The notes: generated by a model not told the origin, from the sequence alone. Positions 39,618 through 48,964 are shown, numbered from the stretch's first letter. The stretch: DNA of 64,000 nucleotides from Candidatus Thorarchaeota archaeon (GCA_019057475.1 DXJO01000041.1:96001-160000), one strand, 5' to 3'. Program-made: numbers and translations.

Positions 39618-41168
39618 ATGGTTAATCAGTTTGACTATCTATCCAAGAGAGATATCTTCTCTCCCGAGGCTGAAGCTCTAGTTGATGTAGAAACCGGGAA
39701 AAGATATTCGTATAGAGCGTTCAACAAACGCGCGAATAAGGTTGCCAACTTCCTTCAACAAGTAGTTGAATTTCAAAAGGGGGATCGTTTATGCATTCTT
39801 GCTCAAAATAGCTTGGAATACTGGGAAGCATTTTTCGGATGTCAGAAGTGCGGAGGTATTTTCAGTCCACTCAACTGGCGTTTGGTCGCCCGAGAATTAG
39901 CAGGTTTGGTCAATGATCTTAATCCCTCCGTGTTACTCTATGATTCAGACTTAGCTAATGTTGCATCAGAGTTGAAGCAAGAAGTCACGGTTGATCACTG
40001 GATCTCATTGGATTCAAAAGGAACAGAAGTGGAAGGTTCTCTATGCTATGAGGAAGTTATGAATAAAGCAGCATCCAGTCCATCTAATGCTGTAGATCTC
40101 TCTTATGAAGATCCAATGGGCATCGTGTTTACCGGGGGGACAACGGGACTACCAAAAGGTGCAATGATTACTTACAATCAAGTTGCATTCAATACTCTTA
40201 GTACCATTAGGGACATCCTTCCAGGTGATGTCTACATAAATCATCTACCCCTATTCCATGTCGGTGGACTCTATGTGTATGCCATTCCACTCTTCATTTT
40301 GGGCGGAAAAGTAGTCCAGATGAAGAGATGGGATCTTGACACCTTAGTGGGTGTGATCAACAAGGAAAATCCCAACTTCTTCTTTGCCGTGCCCACGCAA
40401 TACCGTATGCTGATGAACCATCCCGATTTTCGATCAATTGACTTCAGTAACGTTCGGTTCTTGACTTCTGGAGGTGAACCCTTACCTCTGGACATCATCA
40501 AGACATACAGGGAGGCACATGGTGTCAAATTCAAACAAGGGTTTGGAATGACAGAAGTTGGACCAGGATGTTTTGCTCTTGACCCATGGGACGCTGAGCG
40601 AAAGATTGGCAGCATTGGTACTCCTAACTTCTTCATTGATGCAAAAGTAGTTGATCCTGAAACTGGAAAGGATTGTGATGCAAATGAGGTGGGTGAACTT
40701 CAATTTAGAGGGCCCACGGTGACTATCGGTTACTGGAATCGTCCAGAGTTGAATAAGACACTCCTAGATGAAGGCGGCTGGTTTCGGACAGGTGATATGG
40801 TGTATTTTGATGAGGAAGGGTATTACTACGTAGTTGATCGAGTGAAGGACATGTTCATCTCTGGGGGTGAGAATATCTATCCAAGAGAGATTGAGAAGCT
40901 CTTAGAAGAACACCCAAAGATTGCTCAAGTACAGGTGATTGGAGTACCTGATTCCAAATGGGGGGAGGTAGGACGCGCCATTGTTGTCTTGAAGGAAGGA
41001 CAAGAAGCCTCGGAGGAAGAGATAATCGACTATTGTGGAAGGAAATTGGCCAGATTTAAGATTCCAAAATCAGTACGCTTCGCAGAAAGTTTCACACAAT
41101 ATATCTCAGGGGCCGGAAAGATTCTGAAGCGAAGATTAAGGGAAGATTTTGGCCAAGAGGAGAAATGA
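39618..41168 (+). CDS. Acyl-CoA synthetase (AMP-forming) 2
   Basis: FTGGTTGLPKG, QGFGMTE, TGDM, DRVKDMFISGGENIYP, GKILKR. Confidence 0.93.
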   Translation: MVNQFDYLSKRDIFSPEAEALVDVETGKRYSYRAFNKRANKVANFLQQVVEFQKGDRLCILAQNSLEYWEAFFGCQKCGGIFSPLNWRLVARELAGLVNDLNPSVLLYDSDLANVASELKQEVTVDHWISLDSKGTEVEGSLCYEEVMNKAASSPSNAVDLSYEDPMGIVFTGGTTGLPKGAMITYNQVAFNTLSTIRDILPGDVYINHLPLFHVGGLYVYAIPLFILGGKVVQMKRWDLDTLVGVINKENPNFFFAVPTQYRMLMNHPDFRSIDFSNVRFLTSGGEPLPLDIIKTYREAHGVKFKQGFGMTEVGPGCFALDPWDAERKIGSIGTPNFFIDAKVVDPETGKDCDANEVGELQFRGPTVTIGYWNRPELNKTLLDEGGWFRTGDMVYFDEEGYYYVVDRVKDMFISGGENIYPREIEKLLEEHPKIAQVQVIGVPDSKWGEVGRAIVVLKEGQEASEEEIIDYCGRKLARFKIPKSVRFAESFTQYISGAGKILKRRLREDFGQEEK

Positions 41169-41977
41169 CAATGCCAGTCAGCAAAGTAAATGGAATAGAC
41201 ATCTATTATGAAATCCATGGTGAAGGTGAACCAGTTATCTTTGGAAATGGTGTTTTTTCTAATACATTAGGTTGGATTAATCAAGTCCCAGTTTTCTCCA
41301 AAGAGTATCAAGTCATTCTGTACGATATGCGTGGGCAAGGACAGAGCGACAAGCCAGAATCTCCCTATTCCTTTGATATCCATGCCGAAGATCAAAAGGC
41401 ACTTCTTGAAGACATTGGCATTTCCAAAGTTCATCATGTTGGAATTAGCTACGGAGCCGAACTCGGTCTGGTCTTTGCGCTGAAGTATCCTGAAATGTTG
41501 AAGAGCCTCGTTGCTTGTAGTGCCGTTTCGCATGTGGGTCCCTTGCTCAATGAGATGTGTCAATTATGGAGATATGCCTGTGAGCTTGGAGATCCTGAGT
41601 TATTTTATCACGCTACTGTCCCCTTAAATTTTGGAGAAACTTTCATTCGAGAAAATACCGCTATTTTGGAACAGGCGAAGGTTCGTTATACTCAACTAGA
41701 TTATCCACCACTTGTGAGATTATGTGATGCTTTCCTCATGCTTAATATCACAGACCAACTATCAAAGATCAAAACACCCACCTGTGTTATCGGGGGTGAG
41801 AAGGACATCGTAAAACCGGTTTATCCGTATTCGCGTATGATTCATGATAAATTGCCTAATTCGGAAATGGTCATTGTTCGTGATTCGGGTCATGCTGTAA
41901 CATTCGAAAAACCTGAAGAGTTCAACAGCATAGTTCTAGGGTTCTTACACAAACAATCCCAGAAACACACTCTTTAG
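41165..41977 (+). CDS. Alpha/beta hydrolase
   Basis: YDMRGQGQS, GISYG, GEKD, SGH. Confidence 0.9.
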   Translation: MTMPVSKVNGIDIYYEIHGEGEPVIFGNGVFSNTLGWINQVPVFSKEYQVILYDMRGQGQSDKPESPYSFDIHAEDQKALLEDIGISKVHHVGISYGAELGLVFALKYPEMLKSLVACSAVSHVGPLLNEMCQLWRYACELGDPELFYHATVPLNFGETFIRENTAILEQAKVRYTQLDYPPLVRLCDAFLMLNITDQLSKIKTPTCVIGGEKDIVKPVYPYSRMIHDKLPNSEMVIVRDSGHAVTFEKPEEFNSIVLGFLHKQSQKHTL

Positions 41978-42051
41978 AGAAAAGCAGTTCTTCGTTTCTT
42001 CTTAATTTGCTAAGAGATAAATAGTAGCAAACCCACCATAATGGTTACGCA

Positions 42052-42070
42052 TAGAACATTCTATGTTCTA
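42052..42070. promoter_or_regulatory. Perfect 8-bp inverted repeat, candidate operator upstream of the substrate-binding protein gene
   Basis: TAGAACAT-tct-ATGTTCTA, 50 nt upstream of ATG 42120. Confidence 0.5.
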
Positions 42071-42119
42071 ACTCTAACAGTATTCTCGCAAAAGAAGTAC
42101 TGTTTAGGGAGGATAGAAG

Positions 42120-43574
42120 ATGAAAAAAATAAGAACGATATCTCTATCTCTTTCGTTGCTATTATTAGTATCCATTTTCCTACCTTGTTTCTTTGTTAAA
42201 CCAGCTGCTGCACAAACAACTCCAATTAAGATTGGAATTTTCACCCCCGAAACAGCAGGTCTGACAGCTTATGGACCTTGGACAAAACAAGGCTTCGAGT
42301 TGGGAATGGTGTATGCAACCACGATGATGGGATATGACAATGAGAACATGACCGAAGCAGGTCGGCCCTATGAACTTCATTATTATGATACGAAAGGTTC
42401 AGTGGTCGATGCAGCAACCAAAGCAGTAGAAGCTATCGAAACCGATGGTATTGACATTCTCGTCGGAGCAACTTCTAGTGCAGTTGCCGCAGCAATAGCA
42501 CCTATTGCCGAAGATTACGAGAAGCTATATTTCATATCTCCAGCTGCTGCTTCTTCGCTAACTGCAGAGGACTTTAATCCGTACATTTTCCGTATCGCCA
42601 GAAATAACTGGCATGATGCCTATGCAGGCGTCACGTATGCTATGGATGAAAATTACCTCAACTATTCGAGATTTGCCTTTCTTGCTGCTGATTATTCCTT
42701 TGGATATAGTGGCGTTCAATCAATGAAAAGTGTAATAGAGGACAGGGGAGGATCGGTGCACAGTATCCAGTATGCATCTCTTTGGGATACTGATTTCTCT
42801 CAAGAGATTGATGCTCTCAAAGCTGCTGATGCAATATGGGGTATTGAGTATTTGTTCATCATTTGGGCTGGAAACTTCGCTTATCTATACAATGATTTAG
42901 CAACATACAATCTTGCAGCTGACATGGAAATTGCTGGAGCATGTATTGATATCCTTTCCATGAACTCCATTGAAGCGAGTTTGACTGCTCCAGGTGCGAC
43001 CTACATCAATTCCACTGGGCTCTGTCTATATGGTTATGAACTACCAAACAATGCGGTTAATGACTGGATGGTGGATCAACATGTCACCAGAAACATTAAG
43101 CCAAATGGTCAATATGGACTCCAATATAAAGTTCCAGAGCTTTTCACTGCAAGTGGGTTTGCTACGGCACAATTCTTGGTAGATGTGACGAATGCTATCC
43201 CGGACCTTAATACTGGTTTGATGATCAACTATCTCGAAAGTGGTGTTACCATCAACACCCCGAAGGGACCAACATACTTGAGACCAGAGGATCATCAAGG
43301 GCTTGCGGAGATGTATATCGCGAAAGCTGTGAATGATACCCGACCTGGGTCTGAAACAGAAAATCTCATCATTGCCGAATTGGTTGAGATCCTCGACCGT
43401 AACGCGGTTGCACCTCCAATTGCGTCTGGTTATACACCAGGTGGATTTGCACCAACAACAACAACAACAACAACAGCACCACCCCCAGCATTTGATTACT
43501 TGACTATCACAGTGATTGGTGGACTTGGAGTAGTAATAATCGTGCTCATTGTGCTTTTAGTGCGGAAAAAGTAA
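42120..43574 (+). CDS. Liv-type ABC substrate-binding protein with Thr-rich linker and C-terminal TM anchor
   Basis: Signal peptide, IKIGI, DILVGATSSAVAAA, YIFR, TPKG...RPEDHQ, poly-Thr, TM plus RKK. Confidence 0.88.
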   Translation: MKKIRTISLSLSLLLLVSIFLPCFFVKPAAAQTTPIKIGIFTPETAGLTAYGPWTKQGFELGMVYATTMMGYDNENMTEAGRPYELHYYDTKGSVVDAATKAVEAIETDGIDILVGATSSAVAAAIAPIAEDYEKLYFISPAAASSLTAEDFNPYIFRIARNNWHDAYAGVTYAMDENYLNYSRFAFLAADYSFGYSGVQSMKSVIEDRGGSVHSIQYASLWDTDFSQEIDALKAADAIWGIEYLFIIWAGNFAYLYNDLATYNLAADMEIAGACIDILSMNSIEASLTAPGATYINSTGLCLYGYELPNNAVNDWMVDQHVTRNIKPNGQYGLQYKVPELFTASGFATAQFLVDVTNAIPDLNTGLMINYLESGVTINTPKGPTYLRPEDHQGLAEMYIAKAVNDTRPGSETENLIIAELVEILDRNAVAPPIASGYTPGGFAPTTTTTTTAPPPAFDYLTITVIGGLGVVIIVLIVLLVRKK

Positions 43575-43586
43575 TGGTACAACTTG

Positions 43587-43636
43587 AAGGTTCAAGCTGG
43601 TTTAACTTGAACCTTTACTCCTTTTTTTTATTTTTT
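43587..43636 (+). terminator. Hairpin plus T-tract ending the island operon
   Basis: AAGGTTCAAG/CTTGAACCTT 10-bp stem followed by long T runs. Confidence 0.65.
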
Positions 43637-43979
43637 GTCAAGTTGATGTGGCTGAAAAGCTATAACACGCTCTGAGTACATTCATAGACAGGAAGAAGCT
43701 GATGCCCGTCTATCCGGAAAAGGAATGGCCAAGATGAAGATAGTGTATCATCCTTTGATGAGTGAAAGCTATGACCGTACACCTGCAGGAGCCCCTGGAA
43801 GGCTGGATACCTCTGTGGAAATCCTGAGCAAACACGCAGATTATGAGTTTGTGGAGGCAAGGCCTGCAACCGAAGAAGAGCTCAATCGAGCTCATGCTCT
43901 GAGTCACATCGAGAGGGTGAAGCGGGACTATGACTCAACAAGGGAGAACCTATTGTATCAGGTAGCGACCCTGGCCGCA
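43622..43979 (+). repeat. Right copy of ~360 bp diverged direct repeat
   Basis: Colinear with 29572-29929. Confidence 0.93.
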
Positions 43980-44516
43980 GGAGGCGCAATCATGACCGCG
44001 GAGATAGCGGTTCAAGGTGAGCCCGCCTTCGGTCTCATAAGACCTCCGGGGCATCATGCTTCTCACTCCTCGTACTGGGGATTTTGCTACGTGAATAATA
44101 TTGCAGTTTCGCTGTTGCACCTCAAGGCAAAAGGGCTGATAGAATCGGCCTACATTCTAGATTTTGATTTGCATACAGGAGATGGTAACATCAATATCCT
44201 GGGTGATGAGAAGGGGATTATCATCCATAATCCAAGCGGAAATGGCGATGACGCATTCTTGGCAGATGTGAAGCGGGGGCTGGAAGCGGCTCCAGATGTT
44301 GACATTATCGTCGCCTCAGCCGGGTTTGATCAGTACGAACACTGTTGGGGTGGAAACATATCCACTGACGCATTCAAACGAATTGGGTGTCTGATGCACG
44401 AGTTTGCTGCGGAGCGATGCGAGGGACGCAGATATGGACTACTTGAGGGGGGGTACAACTTCGAGGATCTGGGCAAGAATGTCCTTGCATTCTGTGAGGG
44501 CTTGAGAGGCAAGTGA
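43725..44516 (+). CDS. Zn-dependent histone deacetylase/AcuC-family deacetylase (intact copy)
   Basis: RPPGHH, GFC, DFDLHTGDG, SAGFD, LEGGY. Confidence 0.93.
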   Translation: MAKMKIVYHPLMSESYDRTPAGAPGRLDTSVEILSKHADYEFVEARPATEEELNRAHALSHIERVKRDYDSTRENLLYQVATLAAGGAIMTAEIAVQGEPAFGLIRPPGHHASHSSYWGFCYVNNIAVSLLHLKAKGLIESAYILDFDLHTGDGNINILGDEKGIIIHNPSGNGDDAFLADVKRGLEAAPDVDIIVASAGFDQYEHCWGGNISTDAFKRIGCLMHEFAAERCEGRRYGLLEGGYNFEDLGKNVLAFCEGLRGK

Positions 44517-44535
44517 CCCTGCCCCGTGACCATGA

Positions 44536-44850
44536 CTATTCCGGAATCTCATCGAGAACCTGCTGCATGACCTTCCTGTAACTCTGAAAGGCTGCCCTGC
44601 CTTTCTTAGTGAGCGCGAGAATTGTGTGTGGTTTCTTGTCGACAAACTCCTTCTCGACTTCTATGTAACCTGCAGTTTCAAGTTTACTCATGTGAGAAGA
44701 TAGGTTTCCCCAAGTCAGTTGAGTTCGACGCATCAGGAAGATGAAGTCCGCACTCTCAACTACGTATAGCTGTGCCATTATCTTCAATCGTGCGGGCTCG
44801 TGGATGAGCTTATCAATATCAGGTGAACGAGTATCCTCATCATTGCTCAC
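44536..44850 (-). CDS. Winged-helix transcriptional regulator (ArsR/MarR-like)
   Basis: IDKLIHEPARLKIM, LTWGNLSSH..KLE.AGYI, LT.KGR.AF. Confidence 0.88.
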   Translation of the reverse strand: MSNDEDTRSPDIDKLIHEPARLKIMAQLYVVESADFIFLMRRTQLTWGNLSSHMSKLETAGYIEVEKEFVDKKPHTILALTKKGRAAFQSYRKVMQQVLDEIPE

Positions 44851-45511
44851 TTGCTTCCACCTCATCCGGTTCGATGATGGGGTGCTTGCGGATGAACCGT
44901 ATGAATGTAGTCAGACCAACCAAGATGATTACGACACCCCACCCAAGGAGGTAGAGGACTATACCTGCCATTGGAGGTTCAAACTCCAGCAGAGCAAAGA
45001 TAAGCCCGGTTGTCACTCCCAGAAGTCCAAACGCAAAGTACCGACGGTCACCTGTCTTTTCTACAAGTGAGAAACTAGCAGGAATCATCAACATACCAAG
45101 AGAAACTTGGAAGTATTTCCATAATGTATCGTAGATGGGGATGTCACTGGGAATTAAGACCAGTGCAAGGGAAACTACGGCTGAAATCGCCAATACGAAA
45201 AGAAGCACTACCGTGACAGGCTGGGATGGCTCATCCTGACGAACCTTTACATAGCCAATCCTTGGGTATGTAACCTTTCGCCTCAATTTCTCCAATATTG
45301 GTGTTCTGAAGACAATCAGCAATATGAAAATGACAGGCGAGGAGAAAAAGCCATACGATCTGATGTCTTGAGACTCAATCATCCATGCTATTATAATAAG
45401 ACCCAGTCCAACAAAAATCTCGGTTAGTCCATCTTGCATGGAGTATCTGTAAGTTTCTTGTTCCAATTCGAGGATATCTGCATTGTCAGACATTCTGAGC
45501 ATCTGTTTCAT
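44840..45511 (-). CDS. Membrane protein coupled to the wHTH regulator
   Basis: About 6 TM, QDGL.EI..G, VTYPRIGYVK; overlaps the regulator start. Confidence 0.75.
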   Translation of the reverse strand: MKQMLRMSDNADILELEQETYRYSMQDGLTEIFVGLGLIIIAWMIESQDIRSYGFFSSPVIFILLIVFRTPILEKLRRKVTYPRIGYVKVRQDEPSQPVTVVLLFVLAISAVVSLALVLIPSDIPIYDTLWKYFQVSLGMLMIPASFSLVEKTGDRRYFAFGLLGVTTGLIFALLEFEPPMAGIVLYLLGWGVVIILVGLTTFIRFIRKHPIIEPDEVEASEQ

Positions 45512-45620
45512 TCATGCAATCATCCGCTTATGTACTTTGCGTTACAAAGTACTTTGTTCGATATTGGTTACCAATCCTGAAACGCTCAGAAGTTTATATC
45601 CGGTGCAATGAGTGAAACAG

Positions 45621-45926
45621 ATGAGCCTACTCCAAGTTTTCAGCCCACTGACTGACTTCATGACATTGATCTCAATGTACTTCGCAGAGATCTGGGACTT
45701 TCTCATATTCATCGGCGGATCCTTAGGGGTCATCATCGTCCTAGGGGGAGTAATTCTCTGGTTCACAGAGACCATTATGAAACGGGGAAAGGGACTTGTC
45801 TTCGTTGGCATCCTACTGTCAACCATAATTCGGTACTTCATGATGTGTCCGCCTTCATTCGCTGTGACCTACATTCCCCGGCTCAATCTTCTGAATCTGG
45901 GCGGCCAGAGAAAGGAAAGCGATTGA
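45621..45926 (+). CDS. Small hypothetical membrane protein
   Basis: 2-3 hydrophobic segments, RGKGLV. Confidence 0.5.
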   Translation: MSLLQVFSPLTDFMTLISMYFAEIWDFLIFIGGSLGVIIVLGGVILWFTETIMKRGKGLVFVGILLSTIIRYFMMCPPSFAVTYIPRLNLLNLGGQRKESD

Positions 45927-45980
45927 CTGCTGTTGTCAGTCGGAAAACTTTATGACCTCACGGACACGACCCAAGGAACA

Positions 45981-46110
45981 GGGCCCGTTGCCTAGCCCGG
46001 CATTATACACAATCCGTGTATTTTGTGGTTCATAGGGCGCCAGCCTTCTATAGACATGCATGTCTGAAGATAGTTGGAGTTCGTGTGTTCAAATCACACC
46101 GGGCCCGCCA
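45981..46110 (+). tRNA. tRNA-Arg(TCT) with canonical 37/38 intron (46051-46071) and an additional ~30-nt D-loop insertion (~46004-46033)
   Basis: GGGCCCG/CGGGCCC acceptor, CCAGC/GTTGG anticodon stem, BHB (CTTC/GAAG with TAT and ATA bulges), GTGTG TTCAAAT CACAC, CCA. Confidence 0.88.
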
Positions 46111-46142
46111 TAATACTCATTCTCGTGGCGTCAGTTTCAATA

Positions 46143-47891
46143 CTAATCTCCAGCGAATCTCAGAGAACGCGTAAGCCAGCTCGGTAACTCAAGCTCTAAC
46201 AGGCCTTCAAGCTGCTCCGCACTTACTATGGTCTTTGCTCCCTTTATGCGAGCTGCTCGTTTTGCGCCCACCCCCGGAACCGCTTTCCATTGTGCCAGGG
46301 AGGCCTTCGAGACCTCAAGAGGGTATGGCAGGACTGAGAGGGATCGTGGACCGTGATCGACCACAAAGACATCTACGAGTTCATCGATTTTTCGACCAAC
46401 TGGCATGAAGCAGAGTGGAGGATAAGTTCCAAGGGGTCGCAGAAGATGGGTATTGCCCTGCTCTTGCTCCACGAAAGCTGAGCGGATGATGGTTCCGTAC
46501 GGAGCGACCCTTCTAATCATCTCATAGTCTATCGATTCGCGAATCTGTTTCTTATGTCGGAAGAATTCGTGTCGTTTCAAGGTTGATTTTCTCTTAGACC
46601 TCATCCGAGTTCCTGGAAAACCAATGACTTGTCTTATGTTTATGCGGCGTACAATGAGGTTTTCATTCAGAAGTCGTTCTAGGAAAGATAGATTGTAATC
46701 CAGTGTCCTCTTGCTCTCACCAGGTAGTCCATAGAGGAGATTGATGCCCGGCAGTAGGTGAGGCAACTCCCAAGGCGGACGATGACCTCCAACTTCGTTG
46801 AGAAGCCGAATGGCACGCATCACATCCTCCTCGTTGGCTTTCAGGTTGTTCTGTTGCATGACTTCAGGATCTAGTGATTCCACTCCAAAAGCTGCTACAT
46901 CGCCACTTGTATGATGCTTGATGATGATACGAGCAATACTTCTGCTTTCATCAGGATGCCGCGCGATTGTCCCCGGGTTGACATTATCAATGTGCAAGAC
47001 CTTCAGTTGTGGAGCAGCCTGTCGAATCTTTGAGAAGAGCTTCTGGATTGTATCAGGATTGGGTTTTGGAAACTCCTCGTCCCCAATCTCCTTTGACCCA
47101 TAGGTGAATAGATCTGCTTGATTGCCGATTCGAAATGCTTGCACACCTTCTCTGTAGAGCGCTTCAATCTCCTTGGCAACATCCGATGGATGCCGTTGCT
47201 TTGGATGTCCGTAGAGAGGTTCAGTGCAGAATGAACAGCCGCCAGTGATGTAACGTGGACAGCCCCGGTAGGTCTCAATCTCACATATGATGTGTCCACG
47301 TGAGTACCCCGGGTGCTGGGGAATCAGGTGCGCCCCTCGAACGGCATACTCTTCCATATCCTGAGGGGTCTCTCGTGTCGCAGATAGATCCACAGCAGAG
47401 AGGTTTCCATTATCACTCATGACTGATGCAAGGACCACCTCAGGGTCTCCGGGGACTATGAAGTCGAAAGGGGGCAGGAGAACGTCTGAACTTACAGCCA
47501 TACGGCCGCCCTCAAGACCACAGCCGAAGCGTGCCCACGGACCTACGAGAAGCTTAGGGATGTCGTCAAGCCGCACGTCAGAAAAGAAGCGCTTGGCTTC
47601 CTTGACTGATACCGGCGTACCTCCAAGATACTTGCCAGGCACAATCATGCCCGCAATTAGTAGAAGCATATTAGCGGTAGACCATAGACGTTGAGGATCC
47701 TCCATTCTTCGGACCTGATCAATCGTCTGATAGAGTACTTCTGTATGAGGGGATTTTGTCCAGATGGCACCCGCGATATATCTCGGGTAGGGACTGACAT
47801 ACGGTGGCACACCTAGACATGTGGGTTCGTCCACGTAACCATCAACTATGACGACCCTATCCAGGTCAGTCCCACTCCTTGAAGTTGTCAT
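46143..47891 (-). CDS. Radical SAM protein with C-terminal helix-hairpin-helix (conserved uncharacterised family)
   Basis: DGYVDEP.CLGVPPY, ETYRGCPRYITGGCSFC (CX7CX2C), HIDNVNP, VPGVGAKRA; start uncertain. Confidence 0.85.
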   Translation of the reverse strand: MTTSRSGTDLDRVVIVDGYVDEPTCLGVPPYVSPYPRYIAGAIWTKSPHTEVLYQTIDQVRRMEDPQRLWSTANMLLLIAGMIVPGKYLGGTPVSVKEAKRFFSDVRLDDIPKLLVGPWARFGCGLEGGRMAVSSDVLLPPFDFIVPGDPEVVLASVMSDNGNLSAVDLSATRETPQDMEEYAVRGAHLIPQHPGYSRGHIICEIETYRGCPRYITGGCSFCTEPLYGHPKQRHPSDVAKEIEALYREGVQAFRIGNQADLFTYGSKEIGDEEFPKPNPDTIQKLFSKIRQAAPQLKVLHIDNVNPGTIARHPDESRSIARIIIKHHTSGDVAAFGVESLDPEVMQQNNLKANEEDVMRAIRLLNEVGGHRPPWELPHLLPGINLLYGLPGESKRTLDYNLSFLERLLNENLIVRRINIRQVIGFPGTRMRSKRKSTLKRHEFFRHKKQIRESIDYEMIRRVAPYGTIIRSAFVEQEQGNTHLLRPLGTYPPLCFMPVGRKIDELVDVFVVDHGPRSLSVLPYPLEVSKASLAQWKAVPGVGAKRAARIKGAKTIVSAEQLEGLLELELPSWLTRSLRFAGD

Positions 47892-48858
47892 ATCCTGTAG
47901 ATGGTATTTCGAAATTCCCATCTGGGGACTCGTAGCACACTCCGCTCCCCTTCTTTGCTTTACCAATCGCATGGAGAGCCACATGCTGCTTCTGCGCTAC
48001 ATCCAAGGCGTCATCCCATCTATCAGTAGGGACTGTCAACACAATGATGAACTCCTCGCCGCCTTGCATTACCAGCTTCTTCGTATCCAGCAGGTTGTTT
48101 CTAGTGAAGTGCTCTACACCCTTTGCGACTGGAAGGTCGTCAATCACGAAACGAAGATTACTCGAATTCGCCATTGTATGAAGCGTGATTCCAAGACCGT
48201 CACTGCTATCCATTGAGGCGGTTATTGCGCCCTTCTTAGCCAATGACGATACGAATCCGTAGTGAATCCTTGGCTTGTATGCCGCACCAAGTGCATCATC
48301 ACGAAGGCCGCTTTCAGCCTTGAGATCGTTTATCAGAATCTCGAAGGCAACAGAAGTGAGACCGAAGAGGTCAGTTACAGCAATCATGTCGCCCTCCTTG
48401 GTTCCACTCCTTGTCACAATAGTTTCAGGGGCCGCAATTCCAATGGCAACCCCGGTGAGAACCACCTCAGATGATGAACCAAGGTCGCCGCCAATGAATG
48501 GAATGCCTGACTTGAAACAGTACTGAGAATAGCCTCTGATAAGCTCCTGGCTAGCACTCACATCATAGTCATTCGGAACGCATAATGACAACATTGTGGC
48601 CACTGGAGTTGCACCCTTGGCAACTATGTCACTCAGTGCCATAATCGCAGTCTTTCGACCCACTTGTGCCTCGGTCATGCCAGACAGCCAGTCGGTCTTG
48701 GAGGTGAACGTATCCACATTCACCACGATGCTCTTGTTGCTAGTGAGAGGAATGTCAGATGCATCTTCGTCAAAGCCCAGTTTTGCACCGTCAATCTCGC
48801 CAACCAAGTGCTGAATGCTCTTGAGAAAGTCACGTTCGCCAATGTCGCCAGTCCTCAT
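47866..48858 (-). CDS. thiL: Thiamine-monophosphate kinase
   Basis: GE.DF, DEDAS, LSDIVAKGA.P, IGGD, MDSSDGL, GGEEF. Confidence 0.9.
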   Translation of the reverse strand: MRTGDIGERDFLKSIQHLVGEIDGAKLGFDEDASDIPLTSNKSIVVNVDTFTSKTDWLSGMTEAQVGRKTAIMALSDIVAKGATPVATMLSLCVPNDYDVSASQELIRGYSQYCFKSGIPFIGGDLGSSSEVVLTGVAIGIAAPETIVTRSGTKEGDMIAVTDLFGLTSVAFEILINDLKAESGLRDDALGAAYKPRIHYGFVSSLAKKGAITASMDSSDGLGITLHTMANSSNLRFVIDDLPVAKGVEHFTRNNLLDTKKLVMQGGEEFIIVLTVPTDRWDDALDVAQKQHVALHAIGKAKKGSGVCYESPDGNFEIPSTGYDNFKEWD

Positions 48859-48964
48859 TGGTAGGCCTCCAAAGGTTGTCAACCCATGTTGATGATATAG
48901 TTCTTTACTATGAAGTAGACATTGTTCTTAACGTAAGGCATCAAGCGGACTGTGTGAAGTTTGT

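Larger units (their letters stand above)
29930..43621. mobile_element. Horizontally acquired metabolic island (no integrase) between the deacetylase direct repeats
   Basis: Flanking direct repeat, truncated gene at the left junction, visibly more AT-rich than the flanks, self-contained functional cluster. Confidence 0.75.

Noticed and set aside
43454-43474. (ACA)n tract as a phase-variation locus
   Set aside because: It is an in-frame triplet repeat encoding the usual Thr linker of archaeal surface proteins.
29930-43621. Provirus or integrative conjugative element
   Set aside because: There is no integrase, replication, capsid or conjugation gene, and the flanking repeat is far longer and more diverged than an att core.
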